Shown: positions 45,297-56,011, counted from the stretch's first letter. The stretch: DNA of 64,000 nt from Candidatus Binatia bacterium (GCA_023150935.1 JAKLJW010000008.1:1721-65720); one strand, 5' to 3'. Notes: generated by a model not told the origin, from the letters alone. Translations and numbers: made by a program.

Positions 45297-47357
45297 TCAG
45301 AGGCCGAGCAGTTCCCGCACCGAGCGAGCCGCGCCGGCCGCCGTAACGCCGTACTTCTCGAAGATCAGGTCGCCCGGCGCCGAACTGCCGAACCGATCCA
45401 CGCCGATGGCGCGGCCATGAGCGCCAATCCAGCGCTCCCAGCCGAGCGTGACCCCGGCCTCGATCGACACCCGGGCGGCCACGTTGCGCGGCAGGACGGT
45501 CTCCCGATACTCGGCACTCTGCGCCGCAAACAGCTCCCACGACGGCATCGACACGACGCGCACGCGGAGGCCGTCGCGCGCCAGCGCCGCGCGCGCCGCC
45601 AACGCCACCTCGACTTCGGAACCGGTGGCGATCAGGATCGCCTGCGGGGCGCCGCCTGCTGACTCGGCAATGACGTACGCACCGCGATCTAATCCACCGC
45701 CCGGGAGCGCCTCGCGACGATCGAGAACCGGCACCTTCTGCCTGGTCAATATAAGGGCCACGGGTCCATCGCGGTATGCCATCGTCCACCGCCATGCCGC
45801 CGCGGTTTCGAAGGCATCCGCCGGGCGGATGACCGTAAGGCCGGGAATTACCCGCAACGACATGAGCTGCTCAACGGGCTGGTGAGTGGGTCCGTCCTCG
45901 CCGACACCGATCGAGTCGTGTGTCCACACGTAGATGACCGGCAGCGCGTTCAACGCCGCCAGCCGCACCGGCGGGCGCATGTAATCCGAGAAGCAGAAAA
46001 ACGTCGCCGCAAACGCGCGCAGGCCGCCGTGATAGGCGATACCGTTGATCGCCGCTCCCATGACGTGTTCGCGCACGCCGAAGTGCAGGTTGCGACCCGC
46101 ACCGGTCTGCCCGTCGAACGAACCGCCATCGGCGATCGCGGTCATCGTCGAGCTGGACAGATCGGCATCGCCGCCCACCAGCCACGGCACCCGCGCGGCA
46201 ACGGCGTTCATCGCCTTGCCGGCCGCAACCCGCGTCGCCACGGCGTCGCCTACCTTCCATACCGGCAACTGGCCGTCCCAGCCGTCCGGGAGTTCTCCGC
46301 GCCCGGCGCACCGCCACTCCCGCGCAAGGTCGGGGTACGCCGCCGCCCAGCTATCGAAACGTTTCTGCCACTCCGCCTGCAACCGGGCACCGCGATCGAC
46401 CGCGCCGCGGAAGTGTGCCAGCGCCGCCTCGGGAACCAGAAACTTCTCCTCCGGATCGAAGCCGAGGTTAGTCTTGGTCAGCGCGACTTCCTCGACGCCG
46501 AGCGGGCTACCGTGCGCCTCGGACTTGCCCTGCTTGTGTGGCGCGCCGTAGCCGATCGTCGTTTCGACGATAATCAAACTCGGCCGTTCGGCGTCGGCCT
46601 CCGCGGCGGTCAGCGCGTTGTCGATCGCCGCGGTGTCGGTGTTGCCGTCGGCGACGCGCAGCACCTGCCATCCGTAGGCGGCGTAGCGCGCGGCGACGTC
46701 TTCGCGGGAAAAGGCCAGGGTGGTCGGCCCGTCGAGGGACACGTGGTTGCTGTCGTAGACGACGATCAACTTGCCCAGCCGCAGGTGGCCGGCGAGCGAG
46801 GCGGCTTCGGCGGAGACGCCTTCCATCAGGTCGCCATCGGAGGCCAGCACGTAGGTCCGATGGTCGACGATCCGATGCCCCGGTCGGTTGAAGCGATGCG
46901 CGAGCATGCGCTCGGCTATCGCCATGCCGAGGGCATTCCCGGTCCCCTGCCCCAGCGGCCCGGTCGTGGCCTCGACTCCCGGGGTCAAGAGCATCTCCGG
47001 ATGCCCGGGCGTGCGACTCTCCCACTGCCGGAAGGCGAGCAGGTCGTCCATCGACACGGCGTAGCCCGTGAGGTGAAGCAGCGCGTAGAGGAGCATCGAC
47101 CCGTGCCCGGCCGACAACACGAAACGGTCGCGGTCCGGCCACGACGGATCGGCGGGGTTATGACGCAGATGTCGCTGCCAGAGCACGTAGGCGGCGGGCG
47201 CCGCTCCGAGAGGAAGCCCGGGATGCCCCGAGCCGGCCTTCTGGATGGCGTCGATCGCCAGGGTCCGGATTGTATTGATGCACAGACGCTCGGTTTCTCT
47301 ATCGTCCCCTGCCACTTGCCCCGGCTCCGTCGTCGCGAGATGCGGGTCTCCTAGCAA
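45297..47357 (-). CDS. tkt: Transketolase
   Basis: 686 aa. [85 protein letters not shown]. Confidence 0.95.
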   Translation of the reverse strand: MLGDPHLATTEPGQVAGDDRETERLCINTIRTLAIDAIQKAGSGHPGLPLGAAPAAYVLWQRHLRHNPADPSWPDRDRFVLSAGHGSMLLYALLHLTGYAVSMDDLLAFRQWESRTPGHPEMLLTPGVEATTGPLGQGTGNALGMAIAERMLAHRFNRPGHRIVDHRTYVLASDGDLMEGVSAEAASLAGHLRLGKLIVVYDSNHVSLDGPTTLAFSREDVAARYAAYGWQVLRVADGNTDTAAIDNALTAAEADAERPSLIIVETTIGYGAPHKQGKSEAHGSPLGVEEVALTKTNLGFDPEEKFLVPEAALAHFRGAVDRGARLQAEWQKRFDSWAAAYPDLAREWRCAGRGELPDGWDGQLPVWKVGDAVATRVAAGKAMNAVAARVPWLVGGDADLSSSTMTAIADGGSFDGQTGAGRNLHFGVREHVMGAAINGIAYHGGLRAFAATFFCFSDYMRPPVRLAALNALPVIYVWTHDSIGVGEDGPTHQPVEQLMSLRVIPGLTVIRPADAFETAAAWRWTMAYRDGPVALILTRQKVPVLDRREALPGGGLDRGAYVIAESAGGAPQAILIATGSEVEVALAARAALARDGLRVRVVSMPSWELFAAQSAEYRETVLPRNVAARVSIEAGVTLGWERWIGAHGRAIGVDRFGSSAPGDLIFEKYGVTAAGAARSVRELLGL

Positions 47358-47400
47358 ACGGGCGGAGAGAACTGCAAATGGGGGCGCGGCTGCCTGGGGG

Positions 47401-48369
47401 TCAGCGGTCTCCTCCGGCGGGGATGGCGGTGGCTGTCTCCGACGCGTCTCGCTTCTGCGTGGCTTTGGCCACGGTCATTGCCGTACCGATCATCGAGGCA
47501 ACGTCAGCCACGTTGGCGGGCAGGATGAGGGTGTTGGTCGTCCTTGCCAGTTCGCCGAAGCGGGAGATGTACTGTTCGGCCACGCGCAACTGCACGGCCT
47601 CGAATCCGCCGGGTAGTCGGATCACGTCGGCCACAGCGCGGATGCCATCGGCCGTCGCCGTCGCCACGGCGCGGATCGCCGCCGCCGCCCCTTCGGCCTC
47701 GTTGATTTGCTGTTGCTTCTTCGCCTCCGACGCCTTGATGACCTGCTGCTTATCGCCTTCGGCGACGTTGATCGCCGCGTCGCGTTCCCCCTCTGAGGTC
47801 AGGATGGTGGCCCGCTTTTCGCGCTCGGCCCGCATCTGCTTCTCCATCGCCGCCAGCACGTCCCGCGGGGGCGTGATGTTCTTGATCTCGTAGCGCAACA
47901 CCTTGATGCCCCACGGCTCGGATGCCTTGTCGAGTTCGTTGACCACCTGGGTATTGATGTGGGAGCGCTCTTCGAACGTGCGGTCGAGCTCGATGCGGCC
48001 GACCTCGCTACGCAGCGTCGTCTGCGCAAGCTGGGAAATGGCGAACAGGTAGTCGGCCACGCCGTAAGAAGCGCGTTCGGGGTTCAGGACCTGCAAATAC
48101 AGCACACCGTCGACGTGCACCTGCACGTTGTCGCGCGTAATGCAGACCTGTTCGGGAATATCGACGGCAGTTTCCTTGAGCCCGTGGCGATAGCGAATCA
48201 CATCCACGAACGGCACCAGGATGTGGAAGCCGGCGCCCAGCGTCTTCTGGTACCTGCCGAGACGCTCGACCACGAAGGCGCTTTGCTGCGGTACTACGAC
48301 GGCGGTCTTCGCCAGCACGACGATCACCAGCACCGCCAGGAAAACCGCGACGAACAGTGCTCCGGTCAT
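47401..48369 (-). CDS. SPFH/band-7 (stomatin-like, slipin) protein
   Basis: N-terminal TM followed by [32 protein letters not shown]...[17 protein letters not shown]...[17 protein letters not shown]...[15 protein letters not shown]. Confidence 0.9.
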   Translation of the reverse strand: MTGALFVAVFLAVLVIVVLAKTAVVVPQQSAFVVERLGRYQKTLGAGFHILVPFVDVIRYRHGLKETAVDIPEQVCITRDNVQVHVDGVLYLQVLNPERASYGVADYLFAISQLAQTTLRSEVGRIELDRTFEERSHINTQVVNELDKASEPWGIKVLRYEIKNITPPRDVLAAMEKQMRAEREKRATILTSEGERDAAINVAEGDKQQVIKASEAKKQQQINEAEGAAAAIRAVATATADGIRAVADVIRLPGGFEAVQLRVAEQYISRFGELARTTNTLILPANVADVASMIGTAMTVAKATQKRDASETATAIPAGGDR

Positions 48370-48412
48370 CCCTTGCTCCCTCCTCTCGCGTTACGCCCGC
48401 CGACAGCGCATC

Positions 48413-48847
48413 TCATTCGGCACCGACCCACAGCATCAAACCATCGACGCGCCGCACCCGGCAGCGTTGCCCGCGGTGTAGCGGCCCGGTGCCGGCATTG
48501 CGCACGGTCCACGTGGTACCGCGCAGCTCGGCTTTGCCCACCGCACCCGGATCGAGGTCGTCGGCCAGCACCGCGACCTCGCCGACGAGGGTTTCCACGC
48601 CCACCCCGTGGCCCTGCGCTCCCTGCAGTAACTGCCGCAAGCGGCTCCGTAAGAACACCAGAGAAGAAACCGACAGTGCGGAGAACCACAGGCACTGCGC
48701 CCAGAGCGGCCCGCCCGCGCCGAGGGCCACCAGCACCCCGACCGCAACGGCACCGACACCGAAGAACACCACGAAGAAGCCGCCGGGGGTGAGCAGCTCG
48801 AGGCCCATCAGAACCAGCCCGGCCAGTATCCAGATCCACCAATCCAT
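48413..48847 (-). CDS. NfeD-family membrane protein (stomatin operon partner)
   Basis: MDWWIWILAGLVLMGLELLTPGGFFVVFFG... with three TM spans, followed by a C-terminal OB-like GEVAVLADDL...GKAELRGTTWTVRN. Classic NfeD-SPFH pairing. Confidence 0.85.
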   Translation of the reverse strand: MDWWIWILAGLVLMGLELLTPGGFFVVFFGVGAVAVGVLVALGAGGPLWAQCLWFSALSVSSLVFLRSRLRQLLQGAQGHGVGVETLVGEVAVLADDLDPGAVGKAELRGTTWTVRNAGTGPLHRGQRCRVRRVDGLMLWVGAE

Positions 48848-48980
48848 GGGTGAGCAGGCGTCTACACCCTGCCCTGCGGCAGGTCAACGCGACCCGCCGC
48901 GCAAGCCGTCATCCGCTGCACGACGAAGGCCGCAATCGCGCCTTCGTCGGCTGTGGGGAAGGAGGCTCGGGAATCGTCGA

Positions 48981-50666
48981 TCAACGCGGCATGCGTACGG
49001 CCACTTCGCCCTCGACGTGTAACGTGCCCACGTCGACCGCGAGCCGTCCCGGTTCGTCGCGCAACGCCCACAGGTCGGCCGCCGTCGCGGTCAACCAGAA
49101 ACGCAACCGCCCCCCGCCCAGTGTCGTCCAGCGCAGGCGCACCCGGCGGCCGTCGTCGTCCTCGTAGATCGCCCGCCGCGAACCGTCGACAACCGGCGTT
49201 GCGGTGACGTGCACGACACACCCGCCCACACCCCGCAGGTCGAGGGTCAACGAGTCCCGCCGTGGATCGAGATCGGTCCCCACCGGTAATGAGATCTCGC
49301 CAACCACCGTCAGCCGGCCGATACCGGAGACGTCCGGACGCCCGACGGCGCGCGCGTCGGCCAGCCGTACCGCGACCGGCACCACCTCGAAGGCCCCCCG
49401 GTCCACGCCCCCGCCCAGCGGCCGCGCCACGCCACGCACATCGGCGGGCGGCGATCCCCTGGAGTCGGCACTGTCGATCGCCGCGCTGCCGGCGCCCGGC
49501 ACACCCGTCGTCGCCTCCAGCAACGGATCGATGGCGAAGGTGCCATCCCCCTGACCGGTCTCCTGCTGCCACCGGCCGTCGTTCACGTCGTTCCCCGAAT
49601 ACAACGCCGACCCGCCAACGCGGGTGAGCTCGATGAGTCGCTCCCTGGCCAGGGGCCTGTGGAAGATGTTGTGACTCTCGATCAGACGCACGCTGGCGTC
49701 GGCGACCAACGCCTTTGCGGGTCCGGTGACCACCGAGTTGCGCACCGTCAGCGTGTACGCCCCGCCGGTGGCGCGAATGCCGGTGTCGTTGTCGACCAGC
49801 GTACCGTTCAGAATGGTCGCCGCGGCGCCGGCACCGCCGATATTGATTCCCGTGCGCTGCCTTTCGACCACCAGGTTCTCGACCACGCCTCCGGCGGCGA
49901 GCTTCACTCCCGAGCACCCGTTGTCGCGTGCCCGGCTCGCGAGCAGCGTCACCGACGCGGTCTGCAGGTCGAAGCCGTCTTCGGAATTCCCGACTGCCTC
50001 GCAGCGTTCGAACAGGACGTCGGCCGTCGACTCGTCGGCACTGAAGCCGTCGGCATCTCCGGAGCAGCCGCCGCCGTCGTCGTTGCCGGCAGAGCGCGTG
50101 TCGGCCACGCGCACCCGCTGCGCTCCGGCGAAGATGCGCACGCCCGTGCGCGCCAGGCGCTCGATCACGCAGTCGCGCACCGTAACGTCGGTGGCGCCGG
50201 CAACCCAGATGCCGGCGTGATTGTCGTACAGGTGGAGCCCGGCCAGTTCGATCTCGCGGGCCCCGGGGCGCACGAACACCGTCTCGGCGAAGCCGGCGCG
50301 CAGCGTAAATCCCTCGATGCGCACGTGGGCCGCACCGGGAAGGACATCGAACGCCGACAGACTCGCCCCCGGGTTCGGACTTTCCAGCACGGCGCCGGGA
50401 AGGCCTCGGATGACGATCGGCACCCCCGGCGCGCCCGCCACGGCAACCGCGACCGCTTCGCGATAGACGCCGGGCAGCACAACGACATCGTCGCCCGGCA
50501 GGGCCGCGCGCACGCCCGCAGCTACGGTGCGAAACGGCGCGCGCTCACTGCCGACGTTGCCGTCGTCGCCCGTCGTCGCCACCACTCGCAGGACCGCTTG
50601 TGCCGCGGGCGGAAAGCTGGCGCCGAGCCAGACCACCGCGAGGACCATGAGCACGCGCGCCGTCAT
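48981..50666 (-). CDS. Secreted right-handed parallel beta-helix repeat protein
   Basis: ATG at 50666. Signal peptide MTARVLMVLAVVWLGASFPPAAQA. PFRTVAAGVRAALPGDDVVVLPGVYRE (DUF1565-like start) is followed by repeated ..N.I....G(I/V)....-type beta-helix turns. Confidence 0.7.
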   Translation of the reverse strand: MTARVLMVLAVVWLGASFPPAAQAVLRVVATTGDDGNVGSERAPFRTVAAGVRAALPGDDVVVLPGVYREAVAVAVAGAPGVPIVIRGLPGAVLESPNPGASLSAFDVLPGAAHVRIEGFTLRAGFAETVFVRPGAREIELAGLHLYDNHAGIWVAGATDVTVRDCVIERLARTGVRIFAGAQRVRVADTRSAGNDDGGGCSGDADGFSADESTADVLFERCEAVGNSEDGFDLQTASVTLLASRARDNGCSGVKLAAGGVVENLVVERQRTGINIGGAGAAATILNGTLVDNDTGIRATGGAYTLTVRNSVVTGPAKALVADASVRLIESHNIFHRPLARERLIELTRVGGSALYSGNDVNDGRWQQETGQGDGTFAIDPLLEATTGVPGAGSAAIDSADSRGSPPADVRGVARPLGGGVDRGAFEVVPVAVRLADARAVGRPDVSGIGRLTVVGEISLPVGTDLDPRRDSLTLDLRGVGGCVVHVTATPVVDGSRRAIYEDDDGRRVRLRWTTLGGGRLRFWLTATAADLWALRDEPGRLAVDVGTLHVEGEVAVRMPR

Positions 50667-50933
50667 CAGCGCGGGCAAGGAGCAACCGACATGCCTGTGC
50701 CGGGGACCAAGCCGACGGCTCCTCGTCCGCTTCCCGGCCCCCGCCCGCCGCACCGTCCCCGCCGATTCCGCCGCAACCGTCAAATTCGCGGCTAACTCCC
50801 GCGATTTGCGCTATGCACCCTGCCGCGGCGCCGGCTGCGACACCGCGCATGGCGAACGCGCGGCGCGAGAAAATCCTTGGGTCTCGCCGGCGGTGTTGGT
50901 AGGGTGCCGGCATCCCTACCGGAGGTACTCTCG

Positions 50934-52496
50934 ATGCGTCGTCCGGCACTCGCCCTCGTCCTGGTTGCTCTCGGCATTGCCTTGCCCGTACTCCCCGCCG
51001 GGGCCGCCGAAACCTGCGAACGGGCGGGCGCGTCGTTTCTGGTGTCGATCATCGGCGCCGCCCGGACCTGCCTGACCAAGGACGTGCCGGCGGGGCGTTC
51101 CTGCACAAGGCGCAACCGCGGCATGGAGCGGCGCGCCGAACTGGTAACGTCCCTGTGCGCTTCCGGCACGGTCGAACGGCTGACCTGCACCGCCCGCCAG
51201 GCGATTCTCGCCGCGGGCCTGCCCTATGCCGCAATGACCGGGACGGGCTTCGGCTACCTGTGCACGACGACGTCGTGCGGCAACGGCGTCACCGAACCGC
51301 CCGAGCAGTGTGACGACGCCAATGTGATCGGCGGCGACGGCTGCTCCGCAATCTGCCAACTCGAGGGCGGGGCCTGTACGGACGTCTGCGCCGGCATCGT
51401 ACCGGTAACCGGCACGTCCATCCGTGCGGAACGGGTTGCCACCGGACTGTCCCAACCGGTGTTCGTGGTCGCGCCGCCGCGCGACACGACGCGAGTGTTC
51501 ATCGTCGAGAAGACCGGCCGAATACGCATCCTCAAGTTCGGTACGTTGCTCCCGACCGCGTTTCTCGATCTCGCCGCCCTGATTTCCGGAGGCGGCGAGC
51601 AAGGCCTACTGGGACTGGCTTTCCACCCGAGCTACGCCGACAACGGACGCTTCTTCGTCAATTACACGGACACCGATGGCGACACCGTCGTGGCCGAGTA
51701 CCGCGTCTCGGCCAACCCCGACATTGCCGACGCCGGCAGTCAGGAAATCCTGCTGCAGATCGATCAGCCCTTCGACAACCACAACGGCGGTCAGGTGTCG
51801 TTCGGTCCGGACGGGTTTCTGTACATCGGCACCGGCGACGGCGGCAGCGGCGGCGATCCAATGGACAACGCCGAGAACATCGACTCGCATCTCGGGAAGC
51901 TGCTGCGCATCGACGTCGACAACGGCACCACCTACGTCAGCCCACCGACCAACCCCTTCTTCGGCGCCGTGCCCGGACTGGACGAGATCTGGGCGTACGG
52001 GCTGCGCAACCCATGGCGGTTCAGCTTCGATCGCCTCAACGGCGACCTGTATATCGGCGACGTCGGTCAGGGGAGCTGGGAAGAGATCGACTGGCGCCCG
52101 GGGAGCAGCACGGGCGGCGAAAACTACGGATGGGACGTGATGGAAGGTTTGCACTGCTTCGAGCCGCCGAGCGCGTGCACGCAGACCGGTCTGACCATGC
52201 CCGTTCTCGAGTACGATCACGGGCAAGGATGTTCGGTGACCGGTGGCTACGTCTACCGCGGATGTAAGATGCCCGACCTCGCCGGAACCTACTTCTACGC
52301 CGACTACTGCACCGAGTTTGTGCGCACGTTGACCATGTCCGGCGGCGTCGCCACCAACTTGCAGGACCGAACGGCGGAGCTGGAGTCCGGGGGCGTGAGC
52401 ATCGACGCCATCACCTCATTCGGCGAGGACGCGCGCGGCGAGATCTACATCACCGACCAGGGCGGCGAGGTGTTCAAGATCGTTCCGGGACCGTGA
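50934..52496 (+). CDS. PQQ-dependent sugar dehydrogenase (sorbosone/soluble glucose dehydrogenase family) with an N-terminal Cys-rich repeat
   Basis: ATG at 50934. Signal peptide MRRPALALVLVALGIALPVLPAGA. CGNGVTEPPEQCDDANVIGGDGCSAICQLE (myxococcal-type Cys-rich repeat). GLLGLAFHPSYADNGRFFVNYTD, NHNGGQVSFGPDGFLYIGTGDGG, GLRNPWRFSFD. Confidence 0.85.
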   Translation: MRRPALALVLVALGIALPVLPAGAAETCERAGASFLVSIIGAARTCLTKDVPAGRSCTRRNRGMERRAELVTSLCASGTVERLTCTARQAILAAGLPYAAMTGTGFGYLCTTTSCGNGVTEPPEQCDDANVIGGDGCSAICQLEGGACTDVCAGIVPVTGTSIRAERVATGLSQPVFVVAPPRDTTRVFIVEKTGRIRILKFGTLLPTAFLDLAALISGGGEQGLLGLAFHPSYADNGRFFVNYTDTDGDTVVAEYRVSANPDIADAGSQEILLQIDQPFDNHNGGQVSFGPDGFLYIGTGDGGSGGDPMDNAENIDSHLGKLLRIDVDNGTTYVSPPTNPFFGAVPGLDEIWAYGLRNPWRFSFDRLNGDLYIGDVGQGSWEEIDWRPGSSTGGENYGWDVMEGLHCFEPPSACTQTGLTMPVLEYDHGQGCSVTGGYVYRGCKMPDLAGTYFYADYCTEFVRTLTMSGGVATNLQDRTAELESGGVSIDAITSFGEDARGEIYITDQGGEVFKIVPGP

Positions 52497-52514
52497 CCGG
52501 GCGGCCGGCGGTTC

Positions 52515-53894
52515 TCACGCTTCCTCGCGCTTGCCGCGTTGGCGCTCTTTCCGGAGCAGCAGCTCGGCGCTCACGTCTTTACGGATCGCGCCCTGGCGCC
52601 GGAAGAGCACGCCGCTCATGCACTGCAGCGATACCGTGTCGTCGGCGCTGAGGGTGGTGCAGTTGGTGTTGAGCACCACGGGAAGCAAGGCGGCCGGGTA
52701 GCGGTCGATCTTGATGGCAAAGAAGGTGGCGGCCGCCAGCTTCAGCAGCGGGGGCAGCAGCCCGATCGAGCGCGGCCGCAGCGATACCGCGCAGGCGGCC
52801 ATGAAAGTGAACGCGCGAACCGCAAACGGCGAGCGCGCGAAGCGCTCCCAGACGCGCAACGCCGCGCCGAAGCGCCGCATGTTCAGGTAGTGGGTAATCG
52901 GCGCCAGGCTGCCGCGGCGGCGCACGAAGATCATGATCTGCGTGTACAGGCAAAGTCGCACGCCCATAAGGTTGAGCGCTGCCAGCATCATCTTTTGCAG
53001 CTCGAACCAGTCCCCGCGGTCGCCCGACCCGTAGCGCCGGTGCAGTACGTCCATCATCTCGTCGGGCATGATCATCATCGACGAGTCCATCCCCCGCCCC
53101 TCGCCGACCCACGCGAAGCCGTTGACCGATAGCTCCCTTACGAACGGCTTGTCCCGGGCGAACTCGATCGCCTCGACCAGCAGGTCCTCGTTGACGCCGC
53201 GAAAAATCGTCGGCGAAAGGACGGTGGCGATTCCCAGTTCGCCGAGATTCTGCAAGGCTTTCAACTTCAACGAATAGAACGCGTCGTCGTATGCGCCCAG
53301 CGTCGAGTCGGAGCCAAGCGACTCGATCGACACCCGGACCTCGTTCAACTTCGCCGCCGCCATGCGATCGCAATAGTCGCGGCGGGCGAACTGTATGCCG
53401 TTGGTTGCCAACTGCGTTGTCAGACCGAGCGCGTGGGCCTCGCGGAAGAAGTCCTCGGCGTTGGGATGCAGGGTGGCCTCCCCGCCCGACAGGGTCAGCT
53501 TGTCCTTCCCGAAGCGCCGCAGAATGCCGCGCAAATCGTCGAGCGACATGGTCTCGAACCATGGCGACTCGACTTCGGTCTGACAGAACGCGCAGTTCAT
53601 CTGGCAGCGCGGCGTCGACAACACCCAGTAGTTCGTGATCCGCCCGCTCGGCGCCCGGCCGTTGCCGAGCACCTCGAAGAAGAAGCGCTCCAGATCGCGG
53701 TACAGGGGGCCGTTGGCCGAAAGCAGGAAATCCCGCGGACCGTGTTCCGGACAGGTCCGGCACAGCAACGCCTTGCCGTCCACTTCCCGTATCGTTCCGT
53801 CGAGCGGGCGAACGCAGACCGGACAGACCGTCCGCGTCTGCCGCGGGGCGGCGCCGGCGCCGGCCGGTGCGTTGGAAACGAAGCTCGATGCCAC
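52515..53894 (-). CDS. Radical SAM enzyme with N-terminal zinc-ribbon (HMPTM/Tes-like architecture)
   Basis: CQMNCAFC is a CxxxCxxC radical-SAM cluster motif. It is preceded by CPVCVRPLDGTIREVDGKALLCRTCPEHG (CxxC...CxxH ribbon). ...LTLSGGEATLHP... No SPASM Cys cluster. GTG at 53894 is the only start that does not collide with the divergent gene at 54015, so the start is uncertain. Confidence 0.75.
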   Translation of the reverse strand: MASSFVSNAPAGAGAAPRQTRTVCPVCVRPLDGTIREVDGKALLCRTCPEHGPRDFLLSANGPLYRDLERFFFEVLGNGRAPSGRITNYWVLSTPRCQMNCAFCQTEVESPWFETMSLDDLRGILRRFGKDKLTLSGGEATLHPNAEDFFREAHALGLTTQLATNGIQFARRDYCDRMAAAKLNEVRVSIESLGSDSTLGAYDDAFYSLKLKALQNLGELGIATVLSPTIFRGVNEDLLVEAIEFARDKPFVRELSVNGFAWVGEGRGMDSSMMIMPDEMMDVLHRRYGSGDRGDWFELQKMMLAALNLMGVRLCLYTQIMIFVRRRGSLAPITHYLNMRRFGAALRVWERFARSPFAVRAFTFMAACAVSLRPRSIGLLPPLLKLAAATFFAIKIDRYPAALLPVVLNTNCTTLSADDTVSLQCMSGVLFRRQGAIRKDVSAELLLRKERQRGKREEA

Positions 53895-54014
53895 GATGAG
53901 GCGATGCTGGCACTTTCTCGGGCGGGGAACAAACTCTTCCGGCGAGGTGTCGATTCGGAGTACGCTGGGGATCGTGGATCTCTGGCAACCTCGCCGCTGG
54001 TGGCGCGTGCGACC

Positions 54015-55046
54015 ATGAACATATCTGTCGCCCTTGTCGACGGGACGGCCTTGGACGAGGTCCTGAACCGGCTCTTGCCCGCGGAAACGGAGCTGCCTTA
54101 CGCCAACTTCGCTCCGATCGCGGCGCGCCCGGGCGCCATCGTCGAACTGCATCGCGGGCGTTGGCTTGCCGCCGGCGAGCGCATCGAGGTGCTGGCCGCC
54201 TATGCAGGCGACCGCCCTCTCGGGGCGGTGCGCATCGAACATCGGCCCTTCGAGTCGGATCACTTCGGCTTACGCATGGCGCGCATCGACCAACCCATCG
54301 CCGTCAATGACTGCGTTGCACGCCGGACCGTGCTGCGCGAGCTGTACGCCGCGGCATTCGACAGCTTGCGTGGGCGCGGGTACCGGCACGTCAGCTCCAG
54401 AGCCTCGGCGAACGACAGCGCCGCGTCATGGGTCCTGCAGGAGCTGGGGGCGTTTCACGTCGACACGCAGGTGTCGTGGATGAGTTCTCTCGACGGTCCC
54501 GCGCCGGCGGACAATCTGGCTCCGGGCCTGACGGTCGAAATCCTGGACAAGCCCGCCCTGCGACGGCTCGACCGGGAATCCTGGCGTCAGGTGGTGGAGT
54601 GGACCGCGCAGGCCTTCGAGCGCGGCCCGTTGGTGTTCGACCACACGCTGCCGCGCGACCGCGCCGCCGGCGTGTACGGGGTCTGGGCCGAGCGCGCCAT
54701 GTGCGGCGATTGGGCCGACGCGGTTTGTGTGGTGCGCGACGGGAGCAAGATCGTGGCGTTCGGCTCCATGCTGCTTTTGGCAGACGTTTCCGCGCACGGA
54801 GGGGTTCGCGTGTGCGGTCGCGGTCTCGCCGCGACGCTGCCGAAGTATCGCGGCCTGTTCACCGCCATTCATCGCGAACTCATCGTGCGCAAGCCGCTCG
54901 GCGCCCAGTTCGCCGAGACCGACACCCAGGTGACCAATCTGGGTAGCGTCAACGTCTGCGTCAAACTCGGGTTCCGGTGCTTACGAGTCACCTCGACGTT
55001 CAGTCGCCGGCTCGACCAGGCCGCCGCCGGCACGGAGACTGGTTAA
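54015..55046 (+). CDS. Two-domain GNAT-like acetyltransferase (WecD-like)
   Basis: ATG at 54015 inside track ORF 53433..55046. RIEHRPFESDHFGLRMARID resembles the WecD N-domain start. The C-terminal VAFGSML...GRGLAATLPKYRGLF...VKLGF resembles a GNAT motif A/B region. The assignment is moderate. Confidence 0.5.
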   Translation: MNISVALVDGTALDEVLNRLLPAETELPYANFAPIAARPGAIVELHRGRWLAAGERIEVLAAYAGDRPLGAVRIEHRPFESDHFGLRMARIDQPIAVNDCVARRTVLRELYAAAFDSLRGRGYRHVSSRASANDSAASWVLQELGAFHVDTQVSWMSSLDGPAPADNLAPGLTVEILDKPALRRLDRESWRQVVEWTAQAFERGPLVFDHTLPRDRAAGVYGVWAERAMCGDWADAVCVVRDGSKIVAFGSMLLLADVSAHGGVRVCGRGLAATLPKYRGLFTAIHRELIVRKPLGAQFAETDTQVTNLGSVNVCVKLGFRCLRVTSTFSRRLDQAAAGTETG

Positions 55047-56011
55047 GAGTCTCGGGGTGACTCGCCGGCCCGGGCCCGGGTGCTGCCGTTTCGCGGTCCC
55101 TGCCGCACGACGTACGCGGGTTCGGCGCCGGCGACGAGGCGATACACGCGACCCAGGTACAGGCCCAGCATGCCGCCCGCGAAGAACACGGCACCGGTCA
55201 GCACCAGCGTGAGGGCGGCGGCGGGGATGACCCAGCCCGCGCCATCCAGGATGGCCCACAGGATCAGCATCGCCACGCCGGCCACAGTGCAGAGGGCCCC
55301 CGCCGCGCCCATGAGAGCGAGGGGCAGGGTGGTGAACGCGGTGATGAGGTCGAAGTTGATGCGCAGCAGCTTGAGCAGCGAGTACTTCGACGTGCCGAAG
55401 CGGCGGGGTTCGTGCCGGACAGTCACCTCGGTTACCGAGTGCCCCAGCCAGAGCGCCAGCGGGAAAAAGGGCTTACCGGGCGCCCAGGCGCGCCGCGTCG
55501 TCTCCAGCGCATCGCGACGGTAGGCTTTGAAGTTACCGCCGTAGTCCTCGATCTCGACTCCCGTCAGTCGGCACGCGAGCCAATGGATCGCCCGCGAACC
55601 GAGCCAGCGGAGGAGGCCCTCGTACCGACTGCCGCGCCGCGCGGTGGCAACGGCCGCGCCCGCCTCGATGGCGTCGAGCAGGCGCGGGATCTCTTCGGGT
55701 GGATTCTGCAGATCGCCGTCGAGGGTCACTGTCACCGCCCCGATCGCGGCAAAGAGCCCGCAGGCTAGAGCGGCGGCCTGCCCGAAGTTGCGGGTGAGCT
55801 CGAAGACGCGCACCCGCGCGTCTTGCGCCTCGATGGCGCGCAACAGCGCGACCGTTCCGTCACGGCTGCCGTCGTCGACGAAGATCAGCTCGAAAGTCTC
55901 GCCGCGCGCCGCTAACGCCGCGCTCGTGCGGTCAGCCAACTCCTTGACCGTATGGACGTCGTCGTAAACCGCGACGACGACCGAGATGGCAGGGGTTGTC
56001 TCAAGAGTCAT
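55043..56011 (-). CDS. GT2 polyprenyl-phosphate glycosyltransferase (ArnC/DPM1-like)
   Basis: ATG at 56011. ISVVVAVYDDVHTVKEL...FELIFVDDGSRDGT...TRNFGQAAALACG...TLDGDLQNPPEEIPRLL, plus two C-terminal TM helices. Confidence 0.85.
   Translation of the reverse strand: MTLETTPAISVVVAVYDDVHTVKELADRTSAALAARGETFELIFVDDGSRDGTVALLRAIEAQDARVRVFELTRNFGQAAALACGLFAAIGAVTVTLDGDLQNPPEEIPRLLDAIEAGAAVATARRGSRYEGLLRWLGSRAIHWLACRLTGVEIEDYGGNFKAYRRDALETTRRAWAPGKPFFPLALWLGHSVTEVTVRHEPRRFGTSKYSLLKLLRINFDLITAFTTLPLALMGAAGALCTVAGVAMLILWAILDGAGWVIPAAALTLVLTGAVFFAGGMLGLYLGRVYRLVAGAEPAYVVRQGPRNGSTRARAGESPRDS

Noticed and set aside
45882-47354. 490-aa plus-strand ORF
   Set aside because: It is antisense to transketolase, a shadow ORF.
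52515-54263. Full-length 582-aa version of the radical SAM ORF
   Set aside because: The first roughly 120 residues would overlap the divergent GNAT-like gene (start 54015) and contain no conserved features. I shortened it to GTG 53894, though this start is itself uncertain.
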